Positions 28,500 to 37,689 of a stretch of DNA of 40,000 nt are shown here, piece by piece (the first letter of the stretch is position 1; each line of letters opens with the position of its first letter). Both the position numbers and the translations under genes were made by a program. The notes under the pieces were generated by a model. That model had not been told where the DNA came from. It saw only the letters and a program-made list of their open reading frames with translations, and searched no databases. Source of the DNA: Bacillus phage vB_BpuM-BpSp; sequence record KT895374.1; one strand, 5' to 3'.

Positions 28500-28732
28500 A
28501 ATAAATAATAATACTACTTATATATTAATATATAAGTAGTATTATTTTATAATTATTATTTTTTTTTTTTTGTTTATTATATTCAAAATATTATAATCTA
28601 TTTATTTATTAAATTCTAATAATAATTATTATTAATATATAAAAATAACTATTTTTTAATTATAAAACATTATTATATAAATAATAAAGAATTATGAATA
28701 AATTATTATATAATAGTGTGGTGAAAAATTAA

Positions 28733-31700
28733 ATGCCAATAAAAGTAGGTAGTTCATTTTTAAGAAATGTTTCTAAATCATTAGGTAATTCAACTGTATC
28801 AGCTATTGGAGATTTATTACCTAATGTAAAAAATAGTGCAATGCAAACAAAGGACTATGTATCTCAAACATATAGAGCTGGAAGAGATAATTTAAATGGT
28901 TCTTCAGTTAAACAAACTTATGCTTATAAATCTACTCAAGAGTTAATAGGTAATGCAATTAAAGATTTAAAATCAGGAAATCTTTATAATAAAAAGAGAC
29001 AACAAGAAAAAGAAAATGAATCATTAAAAGAATTAGGATTTGATTTTGACTTTGATACTGATGGTTCTTCAAATAATAATGAATCAGGATCAGTTAATAA
29101 TAGTCAAATAGTAGTAAATAATATAGATACCAATGCAACTGGTGAATTAAATTTAGGTATTAGTAAACTAAGCAATTTGAATAAAGCTTCTATGGTTGCT
29201 AGTCAAGCATCTTCAAGTATTATTAGTCATCAATTATCAAGTATTGTAAAGTTCCAACATGATAATACTGCTAAGTTCTATACAGAAATGTCTGAAAAGA
29301 TTACTGATCTAGCAGATAATACAAGACAGATAACAGCATTTTCTAATGTAATGGCTGAAGTATCAGTTGGTGGAACAAGACATAGAAATGATAGAACCAT
29401 GAAGGAACAACTATTAGGCTTATCAGGTATAGATCCATTAGGAATGGTTGATTTATACAAGAATAAAATGAGAAGATCTAATGGTGGTTTATCTAAAGAA
29501 TTATTTAATATGTTAGTAAAACCTAAAATTGATAGTACTGTAGCAAACCCTATTGGAACATTAATGACTGAAAGTTTAAAATTTGCTATGCCTAAAGTAA
29601 TGAAATCAGCTCTAGGTGAATTTGATGAAGTATTTAAAAATTTACCATTAATGATGCAAGGTAAGTTAAGTAATTGGAAAGATAGTAATAATCCTTTTAA
29701 AAAATTATCTTCTCAAATTTTTGGTATTGATTTATCAGATGCTAACCAATTAGATTTTTCTAACTATGAAAAAGGTAGAGTAGCTTTTGATGGTAAGACT
29801 AGAAGAGCTATTACTACAGTTATTCCTTCATTACTATCTAAGATATTATCACAAGTAAGTAGAAATGAAAACTATCAAAAAGAATTAGTTTATAATTATG
29901 AAACTGGTAAATTTACTACAGTTGATAAGATTAGAAAATCTATGGATGAAGAAGCAAATAGTTTTTCATTTGATAGTTATGAATTAAAAGAATACAAAAA
30001 TAATATCTTAAGTGCTAATAAAGATTTATTTGAGAATGTTGACCAAATGAGTGCTATCAAAAAAGAAATTGACAAATCATTTAAAAATATGGTTAAAAAT
30101 AATCTATTAGTTACTGATGGAACAAAGGATAATGAGATCTCTTCTAACCCTATAGTTTCTAAAATGATTAAAGATTATTTCAGAAACATGAGTCCAAGAG
30201 ATAGATCTAATTTCCAATATGAGGTTATGAGATCTTCAAAAGAATATTCTGATATATTTAGAAGAATTGAAACTGAAGAATCATACCATCAAGCTTACGA
30301 TATTGATACACGAGATCCTTTTGAAGAGGAACGTATGTCAAGATTATCTGAAGAGGATAGGCAAACATTTAATCGTATTAAATTATTTGCAAATGGTCAT
30401 GCTGAAAAAGGAATTGAAAATAATCTAAATCGTAAAAATCCTTTGTATTGGTTGACTGAAGGGATTAGAAAAGGTAATAAGAAGATTACTGATTATTTTT
30501 TAGGTGAAGAGCAATCTAATCCTAATAAAGAAAATAAATTATTTGATAATATTTCTTCGAAGATGAAGGAAAAGGAAAAATATACTCAATTTGCTAAAAA
30601 TGTAATGAAGAGTACTGCTTCTTCAATGGCTAGAAATAATAATAGTAACTTTATTGCTGATGATCGTTCTTTTTCTATCAATCCAATTGTAAGTAAATTT
30701 ATTAATAGAAAAAATGCTGATCAGGTTATGAATAGTAAACAGAGTGACGTTTCTGAATTAAAGGAATCTATCATTAATCTAAACAGTAATATTGAAAAAA
30801 GTAATAAACAAAGAAATTCAGAAATAATGAACTCTTCAGCATCTATTTCAAATGACTCTAATAATGAATCTATTAAAAATTTAGATTTTTTACCTAAAAT
30901 AAATGATAATATTCTGCATATTATTTCTTTAATGGAATCTAAATATAGTGCAGAAGGATTAAAAATTGATAGAATCGGTAAATTTAAGGATAAAATATCT
31001 CAATTTAAAGATACTTCTGTTTCTTTCTTTGAAAGATTTTTTGGTAGAAGAAAAAGATCACCTAATGCTAGAACGTTTCTTACTAGAACAGCAGGAAGAT
31101 TAAGAGGTTTCTTTGATCAAATTTTTGGAAGTAAAGATAAAAAAGAAAAAGGATCTCAAAATAATAATTCTTCTAAAGGTGGAGGAATCTTTAATAATAT
31201 TCTAAATAGACTTGGTGGAGTAAAGGATATAGATTTTAAAAGTAAATTAGATCCTGTTTTTGACTTCATAAAAGGTGTTCTTGGTTCATCTTTAGATATA
31301 ATTAAAAAAACTCTTCCTAAAGCAAAAGATTTAGTTTTAAATGTAGGAAAGACTGCAGTAGGGTTTGGTCATTCAATTTTAAACACTCTAATTGGTTTAG
31401 GACAAAAAGGTGCTAATAAATTAGGAGACTTAAAAAATAATAGAAAAAGCTCTCTATTAGGCGGTGTTTCTGGTATATTCCAGAATATACTAATGGGAGG
31501 ATTAAAACTAGGAGGATTAGCTTCAAAAGGTTTAGGTTCTTTAACAGGAAAAGTTTCATTACCGTCTTTAGATGGTTTAAGTAGAAATAAATCTAAAGCA
31601 TCTTCTAAAGGTAATAATAAAATTAGTAATGTTCTTACAAGATTAAAAGGTAAAAATGGAAAAGAAGCTTCCCATGTAATTGTTGAAGGTGGATTTATTG

Positions 31701-34126
31701 ATCGTATTAAAGAAATTGTAACAGTAAAAACTCATGTAGGTAATGGGAATTCAGCAAAAGAACAATTAGCTGAATTTGAGGAAGCTAGAAAAAATAGAAA
31801 TGGTCTCCCATCTAACAAAAGAGGTAAAGACGAATCAAGAAATGATTTTTATAAAAGAATGATGGGGCAACAAGGTCAAGGAGCTGTTAGCGGTTTCCTA
31901 TCCTCAATGGCTGCAGAAGTGGCAGGGGAGGTTATTGGTAATACAATCAGTGGTAACACTGGAAGAGGTAGACGTGGAGGTAGATTGGGCAGACTTGGTG
32001 GAGGAATAAAGAACGGTGCAGGTAAGTTAGTAGGGGGAGCAAAAGGTCTATTAGGTAAAATACCCAAATTTGGTAGACTTGGTTTAGGTGCATCAGCATT
32101 AGCAGGAGGTGCAGGTGCGGCTACTGCAGGAACATCGGCACTAGGATCAGCAGGAGCTACATCAGGTGCTTCAGGTCTATTAGGAGGAGCAGGTAAAGTT
32201 CTTAGCGGTGCGGCTAGGTTTGGTAAATTCATTCCTGGAGTTGGTTTAGCTTTAACAGCAGGAATGGGCTTAATGGATGGAGTAAATGGTTTTAATAATG
32301 CTTCGCAAACATTTGGTACTAAAGATCCTACTCTTGGACAAAAAATTTCTTCATCAGTTGGAAGTATTACTAGCGGTCTTACTTTTGGTTTAGCTAATAA
32401 AGATAGTGTATCAAAAGGATTATATGGACTTGGTGGTAAAGTTTCATCAGGTTTTAATAAAATAAAAGAAAATCCATTAAAGGCTTTAGCTATGGCTTCC
32501 CCTTTTGGTTTAGCCGCATCAGGTATGTCAAAGTTATTTAATAAAGCTAAAGAAGATAAAGACTCACCAATTAATAAAATCTCTGGATGGGTAGAAAAAG
32601 TAGGTAAATTTTTAACAACTGGTCCAGCAGGTATGTTCTTCGGTGGAGCTGTAAGCGCTATATTGGGAACTCCAGTTGGTGGTTTCTTAGCTAAAGTAGG
32701 TAATGGATTTAAAAATTTCTTTGGTAATTTATTTGGTAAGAAAGATTCGGACTCTTCTAGTGGAGGTTCATCTTCTTATAATGGTAAGATTGGTTCTGGT
32801 ATTGGTGCTTTAGCTAAAAAATATGAATCTAGTGGTAATGCTGGAACTGTAGTTAATGCTAGAGGGGATATTGGTGGTCAATCCTTTGGAATGTTCCAAT
32901 TAGCTAGAAATACTGGTTCTTATAAAACATTTATAGATTCACTTGATTCTTATGGTCATAAAGATTGGCAGAAAACTTTAAAATCAGCCTATAGTAGCCA
33001 ATCAGCAAGTAAAGCAGCATGGCAAAAAATAGCAAAAGATAACCCAAAAGAATTTGCTAAAGTTCAAGAAAAATATTTTGCTGATAAGTTCTTCAGACCA
33101 GTAGCAGGAAAAATTAAATCAGTATTAGGTTTAGATGTTGGTGAACGATCAACAGCTGTTCAAGCCGCTCTTCTTTCAACTTCTGTTCAACATGGACAAG
33201 GTGGGGCATTGAATGTATGGAAAAATGCTCTTGGTAAAAAAGCTAGCAAAATGAGTGACGCTGAAATTATTAATGCTGTATATAACGAACGTGGGGCTAA
33301 TAATGGAATGAAATATTTCCCTAGCTCATCTCCATCTATTAGAGCTTCAGTTGTTAAACGTTTTAAAAATGAAAAACAAGATGCTCTTAAAATGCTTAAG
33401 AAAGATGGAGGAGGAAAAGAAGAATCATCTGATAGTAAAGAAGATAGTAATGATAAAGGATCTACTGCTAAAGTTTCTGATCTTAAAACTGATAGAAGTC
33501 AGTTCTATAATAATCCTTTTGAAAATTCAAGATCTTTTGGTACTTCTTCGGGTGACTCTAGATTCTCAGGAGGTCCATCTTCATCTACTTCTAAAGTTTC
33601 TTTCTCAAGTGGAAGTTATGCTGGTTCAGTATTATCCAAAGCATTGGGTTCAGGATATGCTGATGTGTCAGGCAAACTTTCTACTTCAGATTTAAATATG
33701 ACAGATTTAAGATGGAAATTAGATCCAACTAAGGTTACTAAGAGTAGTGCTTCTAATATTGCTAAAGTAAGTTCTATGAGTAGTCTTTCTAATGATTCTA
33801 TTAAAAATTTTAACGCTAAGAGTGTAGTAGATAATTATGTAATTAATTCTTTAGGTGCTATCCAGCAAAAAGTTTCAGAAAATTCAGCAACAATTCAAAA
33901 TGGCGATGATCTAAAGACTAAAGGTGAAAATGAAGAGTATTCTAAAATGATTAGTATTTTGAAAGAAATTTCTAACAATGGGAATACAACTAACAGTAAA
34001 TTAACTGAAGTTGTAAATGTATTAACAGTAATTTCTCAAAATATTACTAAGAAAAAAGAATCTGTAAGTAACGTAGTTCAACCAACTATATCAAATGAAA
34101 CTAAAAATATCTTTAATGGTATGTAA
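28733..34126 (+). CDS. Giant tape-measure/tail protein with embedded peptidoglycan-hydrolase-like domain
   Basis: 1797 aa with Gly/Ala-rich hydrophobic stretches; IGALAKKYESSGNAGTVVNARGDIGGQSFGMFQLARNTGSYKTFID...NAVYNERG resembles lysozyme/chitosanase-like tail hydrolase domains. Confidence 0.75.
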   Translation: MPIKVGSSFLRNVSKSLGNSTVSAIGDLLPNVKNSAMQTKDYVSQTYRAGRDNLNGSSVKQTYAYKSTQELIGNAIKDLKSGNLYNKKRQQEKENESLKELGFDFDFDTDGSSNNNESGSVNNSQIVVNNIDTNATGELNLGISKLSNLNKASMVASQASSSIISHQLSSIVKFQHDNTAKFYTEMSEKITDLADNTRQITAFSNVMAEVSVGGTRHRNDRTMKEQLLGLSGIDPLGMVDLYKNKMRRSNGGLSKELFNMLVKPKIDSTVANPIGTLMTESLKFAMPKVMKSALGEFDEVFKNLPLMMQGKLSNWKDSNNPFKKLSSQIFGIDLSDANQLDFSNYEKGRVAFDGKTRRAITTVIPSLLSKILSQVSRNENYQKELVYNYETGKFTTVDKIRKSMDEEANSFSFDSYELKEYKNNILSANKDLFENVDQMSAIKKEIDKSFKNMVKNNLLVTDGTKDNEISSNPIVSKMIKDYFRNMSPRDRSNFQYEVMRSSKEYSDIFRRIETEESYHQAYDIDTRDPFEEERMSRLSEEDRQTFNRIKLFANGHAEKGIENNLNRKNPLYWLTEGIRKGNKKITDYFLGEEQSNPNKENKLFDNISSKMKEKEKYTQFAKNVMKSTASSMARNNNSNFIADDRSFSINPIVSKFINRKNADQVMNSKQSDVSELKESIINLNSNIEKSNKQRNSEIMNSSASISNDSNNESIKNLDFLPKINDNILHIISLMESKYSAEGLKIDRIGKFKDKISQFKDTSVSFFERFFGRRKRSPNARTFLTRTAGRLRGFFDQIFGSKDKKEKGSQNNNSSKGGGIFNNILNRLGGVKDIDFKSKLDPVFDFIKGVLGSSLDIIKKTLPKAKDLVLNVGKTAVGFGHSILNTLIGLGQKGANKLGDLKNNRKSSLLGGVSGIFQNILMGGLKLGGLASKGLGSLTGKVSLPSLDGLSRNKSKASSKGNNKISNVLTRLKGKNGKEASHVIVEGGFIDRIKEIVTVKTHVGNGNSAKEQLAEFEEARKNRNGLPSNKRGKDESRNDFYKRMMGQQGQGAVSGFLSSMAAEVAGEVIGNTISGNTGRGRRGGRLGRLGGGIKNGAGKLVGGAKGLLGKIPKFGRLGLGASALAGGAGAATAGTSALGSAGATSGASGLLGGAGKVLSGAARFGKFIPGVGLALTAGMGLMDGVNGFNNASQTFGTKDPTLGQKISSSVGSITSGLTFGLANKDSVSKGLYGLGGKVSSGFNKIKENPLKALAMASPFGLAASGMSKLFNKAKEDKDSPINKISGWVEKVGKFLTTGPAGMFFGGAVSAILGTPVGGFLAKVGNGFKNFFGNLFGKKDSDSSSGGSSSYNGKIGSGIGALAKKYESSGNAGTVVNARGDIGGQSFGMFQLARNTGSYKTFIDSLDSYGHKDWQKTLKSAYSSQSASKAAWQKIAKDNPKEFAKVQEKYFADKFFRPVAGKIKSVLGLDVGERSTAVQAALLSTSVQHGQGGALNVWKNALGKKASKMSDAEIINAVYNERGANNGMKYFPSSSPSIRASVVKRFKNEKQDALKMLKKDGGGKEESSDSKEDSNDKGSTAKVSDLKTDRSQFYNNPFENSRSFGTSSGDSRFSGGPSSSTSKVSFSSGSYAGSVLSKALGSGYADVSGKLSTSDLNMTDLRWKLDPTKVTKSSASNIAKVSSMSSLSNDSIKNFNAKSVVDNYVINSLGAIQQKVSENSATIQNGDDLKTKGENEEYSKMISILKEISNNGNTTNSKLTEVVNVLTVISQNITKKKESVSNVVQPTISNETKNIFNGM

Positions 34127-34141
34127 GGGTAGGTGGTTTAA

Positions 34142-35611
34142 ATGGCAGAGGAAGAAAGTGCTGATCTCTCCCAGATAATTGGTGATGACTTTTTTGGATC
34201 TGGTGGTCAAGTATCTACAGATACAAAAGGTGGTTCAGGTTATCAGGAGTTAGGTAAAAATTTTGATGAATTAGTCGGTCAGTCTAAAACTACAAAAGGT
34301 CATGGATACGCCACTGTAAAGTGGAATCCCTATTCCTCTGATAGAATTTTAGGATTACCTTTATATTATAATGATTTTGCTGATCCAAATGGAAGAGTAT
34401 ATAATCAGACAATTATAAAGGATATTCCAAGTGTTTATATAGTTCCAGGAGTACCTTCTGTTAATAGAAAACTAATAGACGTAGCAGGGAAACGTATTAT
34501 CCCTGCTGATCTATCTAGAGCATTAATGAACTTCACTAATGATCCTTCAAATATCTTTAATTTTGGTATGAGGGGATTGAGTAGTTCTAATGATTTAAGA
34601 TTTATTGGATTTAAAGCCGATTACTCCGAGTATTTCAAATATGTACAAGTAATGTTAAGTACTATTCACTCATATCTTAATATGACTGGAGTATTTGATG
34701 TATTTGCTTTCTCAAAAGAATTTAATAATAGTTTAAGAAACTTTGGATTATGTTTCTATGCTGATAAAGCTACTTCAGTTTCTGAATCAGCGGATAATAC
34801 CTATAGTCCATCTAAAGTAGCTGAAATGGTAAGCGAACAAAGTGCTACATTAAGGGAAGCAGACTTGCTTTATCCTACTGGTAGTACAACTGCTAGAATT
34901 GTAGATTCTATTAAAGCGGCTAATCCTTTAGGGGTTCTAGACGCTCTTGGTACTTTTGATGGTATTATTACAAGAACATCTAATGCTTTATTTAGGGTTG
35001 TTAATGGCTCACAATTATTCTTTCCTGATATGTGGCAGGAATCTAGATTTGATAAATCATACAATATAAGTTTTAAATTTTATAGTCCTTATGGAGATAA
35101 AATGAGTATTTTCAGATATGTATATGTGCCTTTTATAGCGTTACTAGCCCTGACTCTTCCTAGACAGGATGGACTTCTAGCTTATCAACAGCCATTTTTT
35201 GTTAAGATGAGCCGTCCAGGATTTTTTAATATTGATATGGGTGCTATTACTAGTATGTCTATTATTAAAGGTGGATCGGATAATCTATGGACAATTGATG
35301 GTTTACCACAGGTTATTGAAGTAAACTTAAACGTTGTTGATCTTTACCCACAAATGGTACAGGTTAAAGATATTGGCTTATTAGCTTATAACTTAGGAAT
35401 TTCTTCTTTCCTAGAGAATATGGCAGGGATTAGAGCTGATCAATTAAATTTCTCCTTGAGGGCTAAGGCTTTAATTCAAAGAACTTTATCTAACTCAATG
35501 ATATCCGATTTATTATTTGGTAATAATGGTAAAATTAAAGATACAATTGGGAATAACGTAGAAGATTTTGTTTATGAGTTGCAAAATAAGGTAACTAATA
35601 TTCTCCGTTAG
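34142..35611 (+). CDS. Virion structural protein
   Basis: 489-aa ORF directly downstream of the tape-measure-like gene, gap 15 nt. Confidence 0.65.
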   Translation: MAEEESADLSQIIGDDFFGSGGQVSTDTKGGSGYQELGKNFDELVGQSKTTKGHGYATVKWNPYSSDRILGLPLYYNDFADPNGRVYNQTIIKDIPSVYIVPGVPSVNRKLIDVAGKRIIPADLSRALMNFTNDPSNIFNFGMRGLSSSNDLRFIGFKADYSEYFKYVQVMLSTIHSYLNMTGVFDVFAFSKEFNNSLRNFGLCFYADKATSVSESADNTYSPSKVAEMVSEQSATLREADLLYPTGSTTARIVDSIKAANPLGVLDALGTFDGIITRTSNALFRVVNGSQLFFPDMWQESRFDKSYNISFKFYSPYGDKMSIFRYVYVPFIALLALTLPRQDGLLAYQQPFFVKMSRPGFFNIDMGAITSMSIIKGGSDNLWTIDGLPQVIEVNLNVVDLYPQMVQVKDIGLLAYNLGISSFLENMAGIRADQLNFSLRAKALIQRTLSNSMISDLLFGNNGKIKDTIGNNVEDFVYELQNKVTNILR

Positions 35612-35657
35612 TATAAAAAAAATAAAGTTTAACTAACATTTTTATAATTAAATTTAT

Positions 35658-35693
35658 TTATTAATAGAGATCCTTAGTGATCTCTATTAATAA
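35658..35693. terminator. Hairpin after the structural gene
   Basis: ttattaatagagatc-cttagt-gatctctattaataa perfect stem; no clear T-run on +. Confidence 0.45.
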
Positions 35694-35717
35694 AAAATAA
35701 AATAGGGATGGTAAGTT

Positions 35718-36347
35718 ATGGCTTTAGAAAGAGGAAATATTAATAAGAATACTAAGTTACAAAATAAAAAAGTTAATAATTTAAAAAATTCTAAAAGTTA
35801 TTTAGATATTAAAGAAGATGAAGATTATTATTTTGTAGAATTTAATATTGAAGGAACAATAGAACCTTATCAAAGAAATAGAAGTAGAAATATTTCTAAT
35901 AAAGAAGGACAAATTGTAGCATCTCATATGTATGACCCATTAAACATTTATAAGAAAAACTTTAAAAAGATTTTAAAAAATGAAATTGATAACTATGAAA
36001 ATTTTAAACCAGCAGAGGGAGAGATTGAATTATTCATTGATATTTATCTAGATCCTCCTAAGACTAGTTTTTCAAATAAACAAAAAGTATATGCTATTAT
36101 TAAAAAAATACTTAAACCATTAGCAAAACCTGATTTAGATAATACCGCTAAAACTATAATGGATTCATTTAATGAAATATTTTGGAAAGATGACAATCAG
36201 GTAATCGATCTTAGAATTAAAAAACAATTTAGTATTAAAAGAGAGACAAAAATTAAAATAAAAATGAAAAAAGAGAGAACGGTTATAACTGGAAGAATGA
36301 ATAGTGAGGAGACAGAAATGTGGGAAAAAATCAAGGTTCAACTTTAG
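35718..36347 (+). CDS. RusA-like Holliday junction resolvase
   Basis: AKPDLDNTAKTIMDSFNEIFWKDDNQVIDLRIKKQF matches the RusA core K-P-D-x-D-N...D...G/N..W.DD.QV. Confidence 0.88.
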   Translation: MALERGNINKNTKLQNKKVNNLKNSKSYLDIKEDEDYYFVEFNIEGTIEPYQRNRSRNISNKEGQIVASHMYDPLNIYKKNFKKILKNEIDNYENFKPAEGEIELFIDIYLDPPKTSFSNKQKVYAIIKKILKPLAKPDLDNTAKTIMDSFNEIFWKDDNQVIDLRIKKQFSIKRETKIKIKMKKERTVITGRMNSEETEMWEKIKVQL

Positions 36348-36811
36348 ATGTTGGTAATTTATTAGATAAAGAAGATATTAAAGCGTTAACCGACTTTGTT
36401 CAAATTAAGAGGGATATTGCTACTTATTTTGATATGGAATTATTTACAGATAAAATGAAAGAAATTATTGAAAAATCAGAAGTATTTGAATTTAGAAGTC
36501 GAAATGCTAAAAAATCAATTAATTCAAAATCTCCAGTCTTTATTTTAAAAATTAAGGACAATAATATATATAATGAACTATTAAGTTATAGTGATACAAA
36601 AGAGCAGATTGACAAAGTTAATAAGATTATCTTTAAGGAAATTTTAGATAATATGTCACGTTTTATCACAGAATGTATTATGGAAGAAGAAAAAACAAGT
36701 GAGTTGTTTGTTGATCTTCCTGATGATTTAAAAACCTTCTTTATTACAAATATCTATTCTACTAAATCTAATATTGAAGGCAATAATATTCAAATCTCTT
36801 ATTTTATTTAA
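36320..36811 (+). CDS. Hypothetical protein
   Basis: 163-aa ORF overlapping the RusA stop; ends at a bidirectional terminator. Confidence 0.6.
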   Translation: MGKNQGSTLDVGNLLDKEDIKALTDFVQIKRDIATYFDMELFTDKMKEIIEKSEVFEFRSRNAKKSINSKSPVFILKIKDNNIYNELLSYSDTKEQIDKVNKIIFKEILDNMSRFITECIMEEEKTSELFVDLPDDLKTFFITNIYSTKSNIEGNNIQISYFI

Positions 36812-36856
36812 ATATAATAGACCAATCAATTAAGATTGGTCTATTATATTATTTTT
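36811..36856. terminator. Bidirectional hairpin terminator
   Basis: aatataatagaccaatc-aattaa-gattggtctattatatt, 17-bp perfect stem between convergent genes. Confidence 0.85.
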
Positions 36857-37667
36857 TATTGAAGAATCTTTTCATCCCTCTTTGGATTGAATCATTATTA
36901 AATTCTACTAATCTTAAAGTATTTAGTGTTTCAAGAATAGTATAATCTAAAACTGTTTCCCCTAAAGATCTCTCCATAACGTCTTCATTAACTGTTTCTA
37001 CTTCTTCCTCTTTCATTGCCATTTTGATATTTTCAAGATGTAATGATCTGAAAAGAGTTTTATTATTGCTTAGTTTAACATTTTCCACTTCTTCATTAAT
37101 ATTTTCAGAAAATTCTTTCTCAAATTTAAAAGCTTCTAGTACTTTATCTGAAATAACTCCTGAAGCTAGGAAAATCATTTTCTTAGAATCTTCTTTAAAT
37201 CCTTCATAATATTTTTCAGGTTCTAATCCCTCATTATCTTTAAAAGCTTCCTCAATATATAGGTTAGCCAGATCAATTACACTTGAAAAAGTAGAGGAAT
37301 GATTTTTATTAAATAAATCATTTTCCATAATAAAATTAACTACATTTTCAGTTTGTTCATGAATATATTTTTCATTTAACGATTTTTCTTCATCATCAAT
37401 AATCAGAGATTCAAGAACTAAATCTTTAATAAATCCATCAATTAACTTATCAAAGCTTTCTTTATAAAATGTATTCTTTCTATTATTACTAAGTTTTTTA
37501 TCTCTTTCTTTTGAAGTATACATCTTTGAGAAATAACTTTCTAGAAGAGTTTCTTTCTCTAATTCTTCACTTTCCTTTAAAACTTTATTCTCACGTTCTT
37601 TTTCTTGTAAAATATCAGAAACGTTATTATGGAAATCCTTTACTTTATCTAAATGGCGATCAGACAT
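36849..37667 (-). CDS. Hypothetical protein
   Basis: 272-aa Glu/Lys-rich ORF. Confidence 0.65.
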   Translation of the reverse strand: MSDRHLDKVKDFHNNVSDILQEKERENKVLKESEELEKETLLESYFSKMYTSKERDKKLSNNRKNTFYKESFDKLIDGFIKDLVLESLIIDDEEKSLNEKYIHEQTENVVNFIMENDLFNKNHSSTFSSVIDLANLYIEEAFKDNEGLEPEKYYEGFKEDSKKMIFLASGVISDKVLEAFKFEKEFSENINEEVENVKLSNNKTLFRSLHLENIKMAMKEEEVETVNEDVMERSLGETVLDYTILETLNTLRLVEFNNDSIQRGMKRFFNKK

Positions 37668-37689
37668 ATTTATAGTACCTCTCTTCTTT

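Noticed and set aside
29278-35064. Minus-strand ORFs 29278-29460, 31876-32232, 34870-35064 and + ORF 33351-33695
   Set aside because: All are contained within well-supported long + strand structural genes; typical shadow ORFs.
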